NCBI GenBank assembly: GCA_934597725.1
Contig: CAKTSK010000005.1
Coordinates: forward strand, 21,111 to 85,110
From: an uncultured Eubacteriales bacterium
GTDB lineage: Bacteria; Bacillota; Clostridia; Oscillospirales; Oscillospiraceae
Reading direction: 5' to 3'
DNA length: 64,000 bases
Shown here: positions 19,732 to 29,436 of the stretch, in pieces
How the letters are laid out: every line of letters starts with the position of its first letter
Numbering within the stretch: the first letter of the stretch is position 1
Translations under genes and position numbers: made by a program
The notes under the pieces: model-generated
Database searches by the model: none
What the model saw: the letters and a program-made list of their open reading frames with translations, nothing else
Told to the model about the DNA's origin: nothing

Positions 19732-21153
19732 TCAGTTCCAGTAGTCGGTCTCCTCGGTCAGGCCGATGCTGGCAGCTTTGAACTCGGGGTCCTTGCCTTC
19801 CTTCCGCTGGTCCACATAGTCCTTCAGGGCCAGCATCGCCTTGCTGCCCAGGATAAGGATGACGGGGATGTTGATGACCACCATCATGGCCTGGAAGAGG
19901 TCGGCGGTGTCCCAGGCCAGCTGCATGCTCAGCATGGCGCCCAGCAGAACAATAATGGCTGCGATGATGCGGAAGACGTTCATGAAGGTCTGGCTGGGGG
20001 TCTTCTTGAAGATGAAGCGCAGGCAGCCTTCGCAGTAATAGTAGTTGCCGATCAGGGTGGTGAAGGCGAACAGGGCCATGGACACCGCGATGAAGATGGG
20101 GCCGAAGTTGCCCAGGGCGCTCTGGAGGGCAGCCTGCACATAGGGAGCGCCGGCGGCCTCCGCGGTGGGCTCCACGCCGGAGCACAGGCACATGAGGGCG
20201 GTGGCGGAGCAGATGAGCAGGGTGTCGATGAACACGGACAGCATCTGCACCAGGCCCTGCTTGACGGGGTGGGACACGTCGGCGGTGGCGGCGGCGTTGG
20301 GGGCGGAGCCCATACCGGCCTCGTTGGAGTACAGGCCGCGCTTGATGCCCTCCATCATGCAGGAGCCGGTGAAGCCGCCCAGGATGGCGGGGAAGTCAAA
20401 GGCGCTGACGAAGATCTTCTGGAACACGGAGGGGACCAGGTTCAGGTGGGTCACCACCACCACCAGGGCCACCAGCACATACAGCACGCCCATGACGGGC
20501 ACCAAGGCCCCGGTGACCTTGGTCAGCCGGCGGGCGCCGCCCAGCACGCAGACGGCAAAGAGCACGGCCAGGACCAGACCCACCACAAAGGGGGTCTTCT
20601 CGCTGTAGAAGCTGAAGCCGGAGAAGGCCGACTGCAGGTTATAGGAGGCCAGCATATTGTAGCCCACGGCATAGGTCAGAATGATGATCACGGCAAAGAT
20701 CACACCCAGCCACCGATTCCGCAGGGCGCTTTCCATATAATAGGAGGGGCCGCCGTAGCTGGTGCCGTCCTTGTTTCTGCGCTTGTAGATCTGGGCCAGG
20801 GTGGACTCCACAAAGGCGGAGGCGCCGCCCAGGATGGCCGTGACCCACATCCAGAACACTGCGCCGTAGCCGCCCAGGCAGATGGCGGTGGAGACGCCCA
20901 CGATGTTGCCGGTCCCCACCCGGGAAGCGGTGGAGATCATGAGCGCACCAAAGGAGGAGACGCTGCCCTTGGTCTTGGGCTTCTCCTTCACCACGCGGAA
21001 GGACTCGCCCAGCATACGGATCTGGATGAATTTGCTGCGGAAGGTGAAGATCAGGCCCGCAGCCAACAGGAACAGGGGGACGATGTAGGGTTTGTACAGC
21101 ACGCCGCTGATGGCGGTGACAACACCATCGATGCTGTCAAAGATCTGGTTCAT
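19732..21153 (-). CDS. Alanine/glycine:cation symporter (AGCS family)
   Basis: 474 aa polytopic protein with AGCS motifs (GALMISTASRVGTGNIVGV). Confidence 0.85.
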   Translation of the reverse strand: MNQIFDSIDGVVTAISGVLYKPYIVPLFLLAAGLIFTFRSKFIQIRMLGESFRVVKEKPKTKGSVSSFGALMISTASRVGTGNIVGVSTAICLGGYGAVFWMWVTAILGGASAFVESTLAQIYKRRNKDGTSYGGPSYYMESALRNRWLGVIFAVIIILTYAVGYNMLASYNLQSAFSGFSFYSEKTPFVVGLVLAVLFAVCVLGGARRLTKVTGALVPVMGVLYVLVALVVVVTHLNLVPSVFQKIFVSAFDFPAILGGFTGSCMMEGIKRGLYSNEAGMGSAPNAAATADVSHPVKQGLVQMLSVFIDTLLICSATALMCLCSGVEPTAEAAGAPYVQAALQSALGNFGPIFIAVSMALFAFTTLIGNYYYCEGCLRFIFKKTPSQTFMNVFRIIAAIIVLLGAMLSMQLAWDTADLFQAMMVVINIPVILILGSKAMLALKDYVDQRKEGKDPEFKAASIGLTEETDYWN

Positions 21154-21249
21154 GGGAATCACGCTCTCTTTTCTCTTAATTTTTGATGGGCGGCAACTTC
21201 TCAACATTCTACAGGAGCCGTTCGGAAATTGCAAGAAGAATCCACACTC

Positions 21250-21305
21250 CCGCAAAAAACAGGGGAAAACCAGGCGCGGCGCTTGCGATAGCAGCGCCGC
21301 GCCTG
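21250..21305 (-). terminator. Intrinsic terminator after the APC permease gene
   Basis: CCAGGCGCGGCGCT...AGCGCCGCGCCTGG stem followed by U-run on the minus strand. Confidence 0.6.
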
Positions 21306-21339
21306 GTTGCGTCGGTCGTGAAATACAGGCGGACAGCGA

Positions 21340-22854
21340 TCAGGCGTCCTTGGCGTGGTTGAACATGGCAGCTGCACGCTCTTCCTTGGAGATGCTCCGC
21401 CGCTGGAAGGAGGAGAGCAGGAAGAGGACGATGCCAATGACCATCCAGCCCACAAACATCAGGCTGGCCGTCTTGCCCATGTACACGGGGTTGTTGGGCA
21501 CGAAGAGCAGCACCAGGACCACGGTGGTCACCACGGCAGAGAAGATGCCGGTGGCCATGCCGCCGGGGATCTTGTAGGGCCGCTCCAGATCGGGCTCGGT
21601 CTTACGCAGCCGGATCAGGGAGTAGGAGGTCAGGGTCCAGGACAGCACGAAGGCTGCGGCGGAGAAGGAGGTGATGTCGGTGATGAGGCCAGCGCCCAGG
21701 AAGGGGCCGATCAGGGACAGCACCAGGCAGACCACCAGGCCGGGAACGGGGATGCCGTTCTTGTTCTGCTTAGCAAAGACTCTGGGCACCAGGCAGCCGC
21801 GGCCCATGCCCATGAGCAGGCTGGCGGAGGCCATGAAGAAGCCGTTCCAGGTGGTGAACAGGCCGGCGATGGCGCCCAGGGTGATCAGCCAGTACAGGAC
21901 GTTGCCCACAGTGCCGGGGAACAAGCTCAGGAACATGGTAGCAGCGGAGGGGTTCTCCATGTGAGCAAACTCCTGCCAGGGCCAGCCGTAGCCGAAGCAC
22001 AGCAGCAGGATGGCATAGAAGACACAGGCCAGCACCACGGACAGCACCACGGTCTTACCCACGTTGGTGATGTCGCCGCCGGCGTCCTCAACGCCCTGGG
22101 GGATGGTCTCAAAGCCGGCCAGGAAGAAGGGCGCGGAAGCCAGAATGGCCATCACGCCGCCGAACATGCTGTTGTGAGAAACTTCCTTCAGGCCTTCCTT
22201 GGCGCTGCCGTAGATGGTGGGGTCGGTCACGTCGTAGATGGGCTGCCAGTTGCTGGCTTCGCCGCCCACCAGGCAGGCCACAGCGCCGATGACGGCGGCG
22301 CCCACCAGGATGAAGCACAGGACCTTCTGCACCATGGCTGCGGCGGCCAGGCCGCGCATGTTCAGGGCGAACAGCAGCAGGGAGCAGATGGTACCAATGA
22401 TGATGGTGACCAGATAAATATCCGTTCCGGCCAAACGATACAGGGGCTCACCAGATTTGATGTTGGGGATCAGATAGCCCAGCACGTCGGTGATCTGGAT
22501 GGCTTCCCAGGGGATGATGGAAACAAATGCGCCAAAGGCTGCCCAACCGGAGATGAAGGAGACCTTCTCATTGAATGCCCGGTAGGCAAAGGCCATGCCG
22601 CCGCCGGCCACGGGGATCATGGGGACCAGCTCGCAGTAGCACAGGGCGATGGGGATCATCATGACCAGGGCCACGATGTAGCCCACAGCGGCCGGAACAG
22701 GACCGCCGCAGCTGGTCATCCAGCCGTTGATGGCCACGGCCCAGCCAACGCCAACGATGGCGCCAAAGCCAATGCAGAAAAAGTCTACTGCACTGACTCC
22801 CTTCTTTTCTGACTGATTACTCATACCGTACCTCTTTTCTAAAATCTTGTCCAT
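21340..22854 (-). CDS. APC-family amino acid permease
   Basis: 504 aa, 12 TM, APC superfamily pattern; alternative start at 22824. Confidence 0.8.
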   Translation of the reverse strand: MDKILEKRYGMSNQSEKKGVSAVDFFCIGFGAIVGVGWAVAINGWMTSCGGPVPAAVGYIVALVMMIPIALCYCELVPMIPVAGGGMAFAYRAFNEKVSFISGWAAFGAFVSIIPWEAIQITDVLGYLIPNIKSGEPLYRLAGTDIYLVTIIIGTICSLLLFALNMRGLAAAAMVQKVLCFILVGAAVIGAVACLVGGEASNWQPIYDVTDPTIYGSAKEGLKEVSHNSMFGGVMAILASAPFFLAGFETIPQGVEDAGGDITNVGKTVVLSVVLACVFYAILLLCFGYGWPWQEFAHMENPSAATMFLSLFPGTVGNVLYWLITLGAIAGLFTTWNGFFMASASLLMGMGRGCLVPRVFAKQNKNGIPVPGLVVCLVLSLIGPFLGAGLITDITSFSAAAFVLSWTLTSYSLIRLRKTEPDLERPYKIPGGMATGIFSAVVTTVVLVLLFVPNNPVYMGKTASLMFVGWMVIGIVLFLLSSFQRRSISKEERAAAMFNHAKDA

Positions 22855-22990
22855 TCTTCAGCCCTCCGAAGGAAGAACTGAAATCACGCAGGAAATGCGT
22901 CATTTTTTCTAAAATTGTTCACGACCCTCCTTCTGCCCTTCCCGGGCTTCCGAAAAATAAGATAAAAAAAACGACGCGAATCTGCCCCTT

Positions 22991-23019
22991 ATTATAAAAA
23001 ATGTCGAGAAAAATGTAAA
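22991..23019 (-). promoter_or_regulatory. Sigma-A-like promoter for the APC permease
   Basis: Minus strand TTTACA-17-TATAAT; ~135-nt 5' UTR. Confidence 0.4.
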
Positions 23020-23112
23020 ATAAAGAACCTTTATCGCGTACTAAAAGATTTCTTGCGCGAATCGTTTCCTGCAAATGAATCAAGACAACCATATCCTGGA
23101 AATCCTGGCAGC

Positions 23113-23145
23113 AAAAAGCAGCCGTTCGCACAACGGCTGCTTTTT
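23113..23145. terminator. Orphan perfect hairpin flanked by A- and T-runs (terminator-like on both strands)
   Basis: AAAAAGCAGCCGTT-cgcac-AACGGCTGCTTTTT inside the divergent intergenic region. Confidence 0.45.
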
Positions 23146-23465
23146 GCTTGAAAAAAGATACAGGGAAAGTTGGTCCAGGCCGGGGAATGATCAAAGGGGT
23201 CCCTCCCGCCCAGAAGAGGACCGCCGGCTGCCTGCTTGGAAGAAGAGAGGGCGAACAGGCACCGACCCAAACCGGTATGGCGTCACGCGCCGCGGCCAAG
23301 CTTTTGGCCGACGTTAGTATACTCGGCGCAGGTTTTTTTGTAAAATTGATAGCATCTATCCCGATATAAAAAAAATCTTCTTGTGGGTCTTCTGCTTTTG
23401 TGCTATAATATTGCGCCATACAGATTGCTTGTCCAAAAGACAACGCGCAAAAGGAGCGATGAGCA

Positions 23466-24377
23466 ATGGGAAAGTATGCGCCCGTCCTGAAGGCCGCCGA
23501 GTGCGGCAGCATGACCCGGGCCGCTCAGGCCATGGGGTATACCCAGCCCAGCCTGGGTTATATCATCAACAACATCGAAAACGAACTGGGCGTGAAGATC
23601 TTCTACCGGGACCAGCGCGGGGTGACCCCCACCGAAGCCGGCGTGGGCCTGCTGGAGATCATGCGCCAGATCGAAGCCTTGGAGAAACGCCTCCACGAAG
23701 CCGCCCGGGTGAGCAAATGGGAGCTGCTGCGGGTGGGCATCTTCTCCAGCGTGGCCTCCCAGTGGATGCCCGAGATCCTGGAGACCTTTTATCAGAGCTA
23801 TCCCGAGGCGGTGGTCAAGCTGGAAAACGCCCCCTATTACCTCACCGGCGAGCTGGGCGTGAAGGAACACAAGCTGGACTGCTCCTTCTTTGCCGGCCGC
23901 TGTCCGTCGGGGCTGGAGAGCCTGCCGCTGTATGAGGACCCCTACTATCTGGTGGTCTCTCAGGGCTGCGACCTGGCCCACCAGAAGGAGGTCTCTGTCT
24001 GGGACGTGGTGGGGCGGTATCAGTTCATCCCCACCAACGAGAGCACCGACGGCGGCAGCGCCATCCACGAGATCTATCAGCTCTTTGCCCAGTCCAGCCG
24101 GCTGGACTTCCAGCCCCAGGAAAACCAGATGGCCATCGCCCTGGTGGAAAAGGGGCTGGGGATCACCGTCCTGCCCGGCCTGACCCTGCTGGACCTGGTG
24201 CCCAACCGGGCCGTGAAGGTCATCCCCCTCAAGGAGGACCTCACCCGCACGGTCAGCCTCCTGTGCCCCCGGGAGTCGGAGCGCTCCCACCTGACCAACG
24301 TCTTTCTCCGCCTGACCCAGCAGCGGGTGGAAGCCTGGAAGCAAAACCATCAGGACCCCTGCCAGCTGTGCCTTTGA
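23466..24377 (+). CDS. LysR-family transcriptional regulator
   Basis: LysR HTH (MTRAAQAMGYTQPSLGYIINNIE); RBS AAGGAG; upstream dyad TTGTCCAAAAGACAA (T-N11-A). Confidence 0.85.
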   Translation: MGKYAPVLKAAECGSMTRAAQAMGYTQPSLGYIINNIENELGVKIFYRDQRGVTPTEAGVGLLEIMRQIEALEKRLHEAARVSKWELLRVGIFSSVASQWMPEILETFYQSYPEAVVKLENAPYYLTGELGVKEHKLDCSFFAGRCPSGLESLPLYEDPYYLVVSQGCDLAHQKEVSVWDVVGRYQFIPTNESTDGGSAIHEIYQLFAQSSRLDFQPQENQMAIALVEKGLGITVLPGLTLLDLVPNRAVKVIPLKEDLTRTVSLLCPRESERSHLTNVFLRLTQQRVEAWKQNHQDPCQLCL

Positions 24378-24451
24378 ACCAAGGAGGTTCAAAGGCTTTT
24401 TTTGACCTGTTAATTTTCCCCAGACTCCCCTGTTTTTTCCAAACCCTTGCA

Positions 24452-24489
24452 GCCGGCGCGGCCCCTGTCCCAGCAGAGGCCGCGCCGGC
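24452..24489. terminator. GC-rich hairpin between convergent LysR and deacetylase genes
   Basis: GCCGGCGCGGCC...GGCCGCGCCGGC. Confidence 0.45.
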
Positions 24490-24550
24490 TGCCGCAGCTT
24501 TTCCCCTTCCAAAAAGTGGATTCCTTTATATAAAATAGGTATCCTGGGCC

Positions 24551-25354
24551 TCATTCGGCGGGACATTGCCGTCCGGCATGGTCGATCACATAGTCTGTGC
24601 CGCAGGTCCCGGGCAGGATCAGCTGGCTGATGGGGACCACGTCATAGCCCTCCCGGAAGAGGTAGTCCAGAATGCCCGGCAGGGCCTCCGGGGTGTGCAG
24701 GGCGGCGTTGTGGAAGAGGACGATGGACCCCGGCCCCACGTTGGCCGTCACCCGCTGGGTGATGGTCGCCGCGTCATACTCCTTCCAGTCCAGGCTGTCC
24801 ACGTCCCACTGGATGGGTTCCAGACCCATGCCCCGGACGGTGGTGATCACATGGTCGTCATACTCGCCGAAGGGAGGCCGGAAGAGGGTGGGCCGGCGGC
24901 CGGTGATGGCCTCGATCTTGTCGTTGCAGGCGTTGAGGTCTGCCACGATCTGGTCGGCGGAGAGGGTGTTGAAGTGGGCGTGGTCGTTGGAGTGGCTCAT
25001 CACCTCATGGCCCGCCTCGGCCAGGGCCCGGACGGAGTCGGGGTATTTCTCCACCCACTCCCCCACCACGAAAAAGGTCACCTTCACGTCGTAGCGGTCA
25101 AAAATGTCGATGAGGGTCTGGGTATCCTCGTTGCCCCAGGCGGCGTCAAAGGACAGGGCGCACACCTTGTGGTCCCGCTGGACACAGTAAATGGGCAGCT
25201 GCCGCTGGGGGGCCGAAGCCGAGACATAGGTGGGCAGGTTCGTTAGCAGGCACAGGGCGCACACGCACAGCACCGCCGCCGGCAGGGCCAGCCATCCCTT
25301 CCGCACCAGGATGACCCGTCTCTCTTTGGCAGGACGTCGGAACAAGAACTTCAT
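24551..25354 (-). CDS. Polysaccharide deacetylase (NodB homology domain), membrane anchored
   Basis: N-terminal TM segment, then NodB motifs (DDGP-like DAAW, HSNDHAHF). Confidence 0.85.
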   Translation of the reverse strand: MKFLFRRPAKERRVILVRKGWLALPAAVLCVCALCLLTNLPTYVSASAPQRQLPIYCVQRDHKVCALSFDAAWGNEDTQTLIDIFDRYDVKVTFFVVGEWVEKYPDSVRALAEAGHEVMSHSNDHAHFNTLSADQIVADLNACNDKIEAITGRRPTLFRPPFGEYDDHVITTVRGMGLEPIQWDVDSLDWKEYDAATITQRVTANVGPGSIVLFHNAALHTPEALPGILDYLFREGYDVVPISQLILPGTCGTDYVIDHAGRQCPAE

Positions 25355-25844
25355 CGCGATCGCATCCTTTCTATCCAGTCCCCTCTATGGATATGCGCGG
25401 CCCGGCGGAACATGCCTGCGGTGCAGGATTTTGCCCATCCCGCCCAAAGACAAAGAGAATTTGCAGGATTTTTGTCTCCTGAGCCGGCGGGACGGCTGTG
25501 CCTCTCTTCTATATTTATCGGCTCCTTTTCGGATATTTTTTCTTTCCATCCTTCCCGTTTCGTTCGTTCTCTCCGGAAATCGTTTGTTTTCTCTTTCTTT
25601 GAAGTGCCCTTCTCTTTCTTCTCGCATGATTATACACTTTCTCCTCTTCTCCCCCTTCTTCCGGCCGCCCCTCTGCCCCTCTGCGGCAGAGGGGCTTATC
25701 TATTGACGTGTCTCCGGTTTCGGCCTATAATAAGACGATTTCAGGACGCAGGAAACAGGACCGGAATCGCCTGCGTCAGCGCCCCGGTCAAGGGGATCTC
25801 CGGGCGGCCGCGCCGCCCCATTGACGAAAGCTGAGGATCTCGCT

Positions 25845-27305
25845 ATGAACACAAACAAGAAGCTGAACATGACCATGCTGTGCGATTTTTACGAATTGAC
25901 CATGGGCAACGGATACTTCAAAGCCGGCTACAAGGACCGGATCACCCACTTCGACCTGTTTTTCCGCAGCGTCCCGGACAAGGGCGGCTACGCCATTGCG
26001 GCAGGGCTGGAACAGGTCGTCGAATATATCCAGGACCTCCACTTCGACCCCGAGGACATCGCCTATCTGCGGGGGCGGAACATGTTTGACGAGGGCTTTC
26101 TGGACTACCTGGCCAACTTCCGCTTTACCGGCGACATCTTCGCCGTGCCGGAAGGGACCCCCGTTTTCCCCAACGAGCCCATCCTCACCGTGCGGGCCCC
26201 GGCCATCCAGACCCAGCTGCTGGAGACCTTCCTGCTGCTGACCATCAACCACCAGAGCCTCATCGCCACCAAGGCCACCCGCATCGTCCGGGCCGCCCGG
26301 GGGCGGACGGTGCTGGAGTTCGGCTCCCGCCGGGCCCAGGGGTCCAGCGGCGCCATCGACGGGGCCAGAGCCGCCTTCATCGGCGGCTGCAAGGGCACCG
26401 CCTGCACCATCTCCGACCAGCTCTACGGCGTCCCCGCCGGCGGGACCATGGCCCACGCCTGGGTGCAGACCTTTGAGAGCCAGTACGACGCCTTCCGCAC
26501 CTACTGCGAGATCTACCCCGACAACCCCGTCCTGCTGGTGGACACCTACAACACCCTCAACAGCGGCATCCCCGATGCCATCCGGGCTTTCAACGACGTG
26601 CTCAAGCCCCGGGGGCTGACCAAGTGCGGCATCCGCCTGGACTCCGGCGACATGGCCTACCTGACCCGGCAGGCCCGGAAGATGCTGGACGAGGCCGGCT
26701 GGACCGAGTGCAAGATCACCGTCTCCAACTCCCTGGACGAGACCATCATCCAGGACCTCCTCCTGCAGGGGGCCGAGATCGACGCCTTCGGCGTGGGCGA
26801 GCGGCTCATCACCGCCCGCAGCGAGCCTGTCTTTGGCGGGGTCTACAAGCTGGTGGCCTACGAGGACGAGCAGGGCAACGTGATCCCCAAGATCAAGCTC
26901 AGCGAAAACGTGTCCAAGATCACCACCCCCCAGTACAAGCGCCTGTTCCGCCTGTATGGCAACGACACTGGCAAGGCCATCGGCGACTGGATGTGTACCT
27001 ACGACGAGGACATCGACAGCAACCGCGGCCCCGACGGCAGCCTGACCATCTTTGACCCCGACGCCACCTGGAAGAAAAAGACCCTGTATAACTTCACGGC
27101 CCGGGAGTTACAGCAGCCCATCTTCCTGGGCGGCAAGTTAGTCTATGACCTGCCCTCCCTGGAGGAGATCCAGACCTACTGTGCCCAGCAGATGGACACC
27201 CTCTGGGACGAGGTCAAGCGCTTTGACAACCCCCACAACTACTATGTGGACCTGTCCCAGAAGCTGTGGGACATCAAATACGACCTGATCACCCACCACA
27301 AATAA
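25845..27305 (+). CDS. pncB: Nicotinate phosphoribosyltransferase
   Basis: MNTNKKLNMTMLCDFYELTMGNGYF... classic NAPRTase N-terminus; promoter TTGACG-17-TATAAT at ~25693-25722. Confidence 0.9.
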   Translation: MNTNKKLNMTMLCDFYELTMGNGYFKAGYKDRITHFDLFFRSVPDKGGYAIAAGLEQVVEYIQDLHFDPEDIAYLRGRNMFDEGFLDYLANFRFTGDIFAVPEGTPVFPNEPILTVRAPAIQTQLLETFLLLTINHQSLIATKATRIVRAARGRTVLEFGSRRAQGSSGAIDGARAAFIGGCKGTACTISDQLYGVPAGGTMAHAWVQTFESQYDAFRTYCEIYPDNPVLLVDTYNTLNSGIPDAIRAFNDVLKPRGLTKCGIRLDSGDMAYLTRQARKMLDEAGWTECKITVSNSLDETIIQDLLLQGAEIDAFGVGERLITARSEPVFGGVYKLVAYEDEQGNVIPKIKLSENVSKITTPQYKRLFRLYGNDTGKAIGDWMCTYDEDIDSNRGPDGSLTIFDPDATWKKKTLYNFTARELQQPIFLGGKLVYDLPSLEEIQTYCAQQMDTLWDEVKRFDNPHNYYVDLSQKLWDIKYDLITHHK

Positions 27306-27325
27306 CCCCGGAAAGGAGGCCCTCT

Positions 27326-27829
27326 ATGAAAGCAGAGGAACGCCGCCGCCGCATCGCCCAGACCCTCACCGCCGCCACCCCCATCAGCGCCACCACCCTG
27401 GCGGAGCAATTTTCTGTCAGCCGCCAGATCATCGTGGGGGACATCGCCCTGCTCCGGGCCGCCGGAATGGACATCGTGTCCACCCCCCGGGGATACCAGT
27501 TCAGCCAGGAGAGCGGCCTGCTGCGCACAGTCGCCTGCCTGCACACCCCCCAGCAGATCCGCCAGGAGCTGCTGGTCATGGTGGATAACGGCTGCACCGT
27601 GCTGGACGTGGTGGTGGACCACCCGGTCTACGGCCAGCTCACCGGCCAGCTCAGTCTGGCCTCCCGCTATGACGTGGACCAGTTCGTAGAGAAGGTCCAG
27701 GACGCCGCGCCCCTGTCCACCCTCACCGGCGGGGTGCATCTGCACCACCTGCGCTGCCCCGACGAGGCCGCCTACCGCCGGGTCCTGGCCGGCCTGGACG
27801 CCCTGGGCCTGCGTTACCTCCAGGAGTGA
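27326..27829 (+). CDS. niaR: Niacin-responsive transcriptional repressor NiaR (YrxA family, HTH_11 + 3H domain)
   Basis: MKAEERRRRIAQTL...; 3H-domain His motifs (HTP, VDHPV, HLHHL); RBS AAAGGAGG. Confidence 0.85.
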   Translation: MKAEERRRRIAQTLTAATPISATTLAEQFSVSRQIIVGDIALLRAAGMDIVSTPRGYQFSQESGLLRTVACLHTPQQIRQELLVMVDNGCTVLDVVVDHPVYGQLTGQLSLASRYDVDQFVEKVQDAAPLSTLTGGVHLHHLRCPDEAAYRRVLAGLDALGLRYLQE

Positions 27830-27867
27830 CGATTGGGGGATTGACAAGGGCCGCCGGAGAGTTTACA

Positions 27868-27905
27868 ATAGCTCTTGCATCTGTCAAGACAGATGCAAGA
27901 GCTAT
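27868..27905. promoter_or_regulatory. Perfect 38-bp palindrome (candidate NiaR operator and/or niaR terminator)
   Basis: ATAGCTCTTGCATCTGTC-AA-GACAGATGCAAGAGCTAT; 30 nt upstream of the next gene's ATG. Confidence 0.45.
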
Positions 27906-27935
27906 TTCACTTTCATTGAGAGAAAAGGAGCGCGT

Positions 27936-29042
27936 ATGGAAACCCTTCACAACTTCCTGCGGCGGAAGAACATCGTCTTCTCCGCCAAACGCTACGGGGT
28001 GGACGCCCTGGGGGCCATGGCCCAGGGCCTGTTCTGTACCCTGCTGGTGGGCACCATCCTGAACACCCTTGGCACCCAGTTCCACATTGGCTTCCTCTCC
28101 GCCACGGTGGTCACCGTGGGCACCGGCGAAGCCGCCACCGCCTACACCGTGGGCGGCCTGGCCTCCGCCATGGTGGGGCCGGCCATGGCTGTGGCCATCG
28201 GCGCGGCCCTGCAAGCCCCGCCGCTGGTCCTCTTTTCCCTGGTGCCGGTGGGATACGCCACCAACATCCTGGGCGGGGCCGGCGGGCCGCTGGCCGTGCT
28301 GGTCATCGCCATCCTCGCCGCCGAGTGCGGCAAGGCCGTGTCCAAGGAGACCAAGATCGACATTCTTGTCACCCCCATCGTGACCGTGCTGGTGGGCATC
28401 GGCCTGGCCTATCTCATCGCGCCCCCCATCGGCACCGCCGCCTCCTGGGTGGGCAACCTCATCATGTGGGCCACGGAGCTGCAGCCCTTCTTCATGGGCA
28501 TCCTGGTCTCGGTGATCGTGGGCATCGCCCTGACCCTGCCCATCTCCAGCGCCGCCATCTGCGCCGCCCTGGGGCTGACGGGGCTGGCCGGCGGCGCGGC
28601 GGTGGCCGGCTGCTGCGCCCAGATGGTGGGCTTTGCCGTGCTGTCCTTCCGGGAGAACAAGTGGGGCGGTCTGGTCTCCCAGGGGCTGGGGACCTCCATG
28701 CTCCAGATGGGCAACATCGTCCGCAACCCCCGCATCTGGCTCCCCCCCACCCTGGCCTCGGCCATCACCGGCCCTCTGGCCACCTGCCTGTTCCACCTGC
28801 AGATGAACGGCACCCCTGTCTCCTCCGGCATGGGCACCTGCGGGCTGGTGGGGCCCATCGGGGTGTACACCGGCTGGGTCCAGGACGTGGCCAACGGTCT
28901 GCGGCCGGCCGTCGGCGCCATGGACTGGCTGGGGCTGATCCTGATCTGCTTCGTGCTGCCCGGGGTCCTCACCTGGCTCATCGGCATCCCCTGCCGGAAG
29001 CTGGGCTGGATCAAGGAGGGCGACCTCACGCTGGAAAATTGA
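27936..29042 (+). CDS. Polytopic membrane transporter, PTS EIIC-like (stand-alone), candidate niacin/precursor uptake
   Basis: 368 aa, ~10 TM, Gly/Ala-rich helices; no IIA/IIB partner; sits in the pncB-niaR cluster. Confidence 0.5.
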   Translation: METLHNFLRRKNIVFSAKRYGVDALGAMAQGLFCTLLVGTILNTLGTQFHIGFLSATVVTVGTGEAATAYTVGGLASAMVGPAMAVAIGAALQAPPLVLFSLVPVGYATNILGGAGGPLAVLVIAILAAECGKAVSKETKIDILVTPIVTVLVGIGLAYLIAPPIGTAASWVGNLIMWATELQPFFMGILVSVIVGIALTLPISSAAICAALGLTGLAGGAAVAGCCAQMVGFAVLSFRENKWGGLVSQGLGTSMLQMGNIVRNPRIWLPPTLASAITGPLATCLFHLQMNGTPVSSGMGTCGLVGPIGVYTGWVQDVANGLRPAVGAMDWLGLILICFVLPGVLTWLIGIPCRKLGWIKEGDLTLEN

Positions 29043-29166
29043 TCCACAAAAGTTTTCTCTTTTGGGGAAGAACCCCTTGAAAAATGCGGCAAAAAGGTAG
29101 ATACTGTTTTTACTGGCATTGCGCCCCCTCGAAGAGAGAGAATCTATACCCAAAGGAGAATCCGCC

Positions 29167-29340
29167 ATGAAAAAGTTTCTTGCTCTGTGCCTGACCGCGC
29201 TGATGACCCTGGCGCTGCTGGCCGGCTGCACCTCTGCCGATCCCAACCACCCCTACGACCGGGAACCCGTGCCCGCCAACCCCGAGTCCCAGAAGGACGA
29301 CGAGACCAGCGCTGTCCTCCCCTTCTCCTGGGAGGCATAA
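29167..29340 (+). CDS. Small lipoprotein (57 aa)
   Basis: MKKFLALCLTALMTLALLAGC lipobox; RBS AAAGGAG. Confidence 0.5.
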   Translation: MKKFLALCLTALMTLALLAGCTSADPNHPYDREPVPANPESQKDDETSAVLPFSWEA

Positions 29341-29344
29341 GCCC

Positions 29345-29380
29345 CCAAAAAACGGCCCGGCAGGATCTCCTGCCGGGCCG
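29345..29380 (-). terminator. Terminator for HPF copy 2 (bidirectional hairpin)
   Basis: GGCCCGGCAGG-atctc-CTGCCGGGCC followed by U-run on the minus strand. Confidence 0.55.
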
Positions 29381-29436
29381 TTCTGGTGTTCGTGATAACG
29401 CTTTATGGGAAGCGGCGCCCCGAAGGGCTGCCGGGA

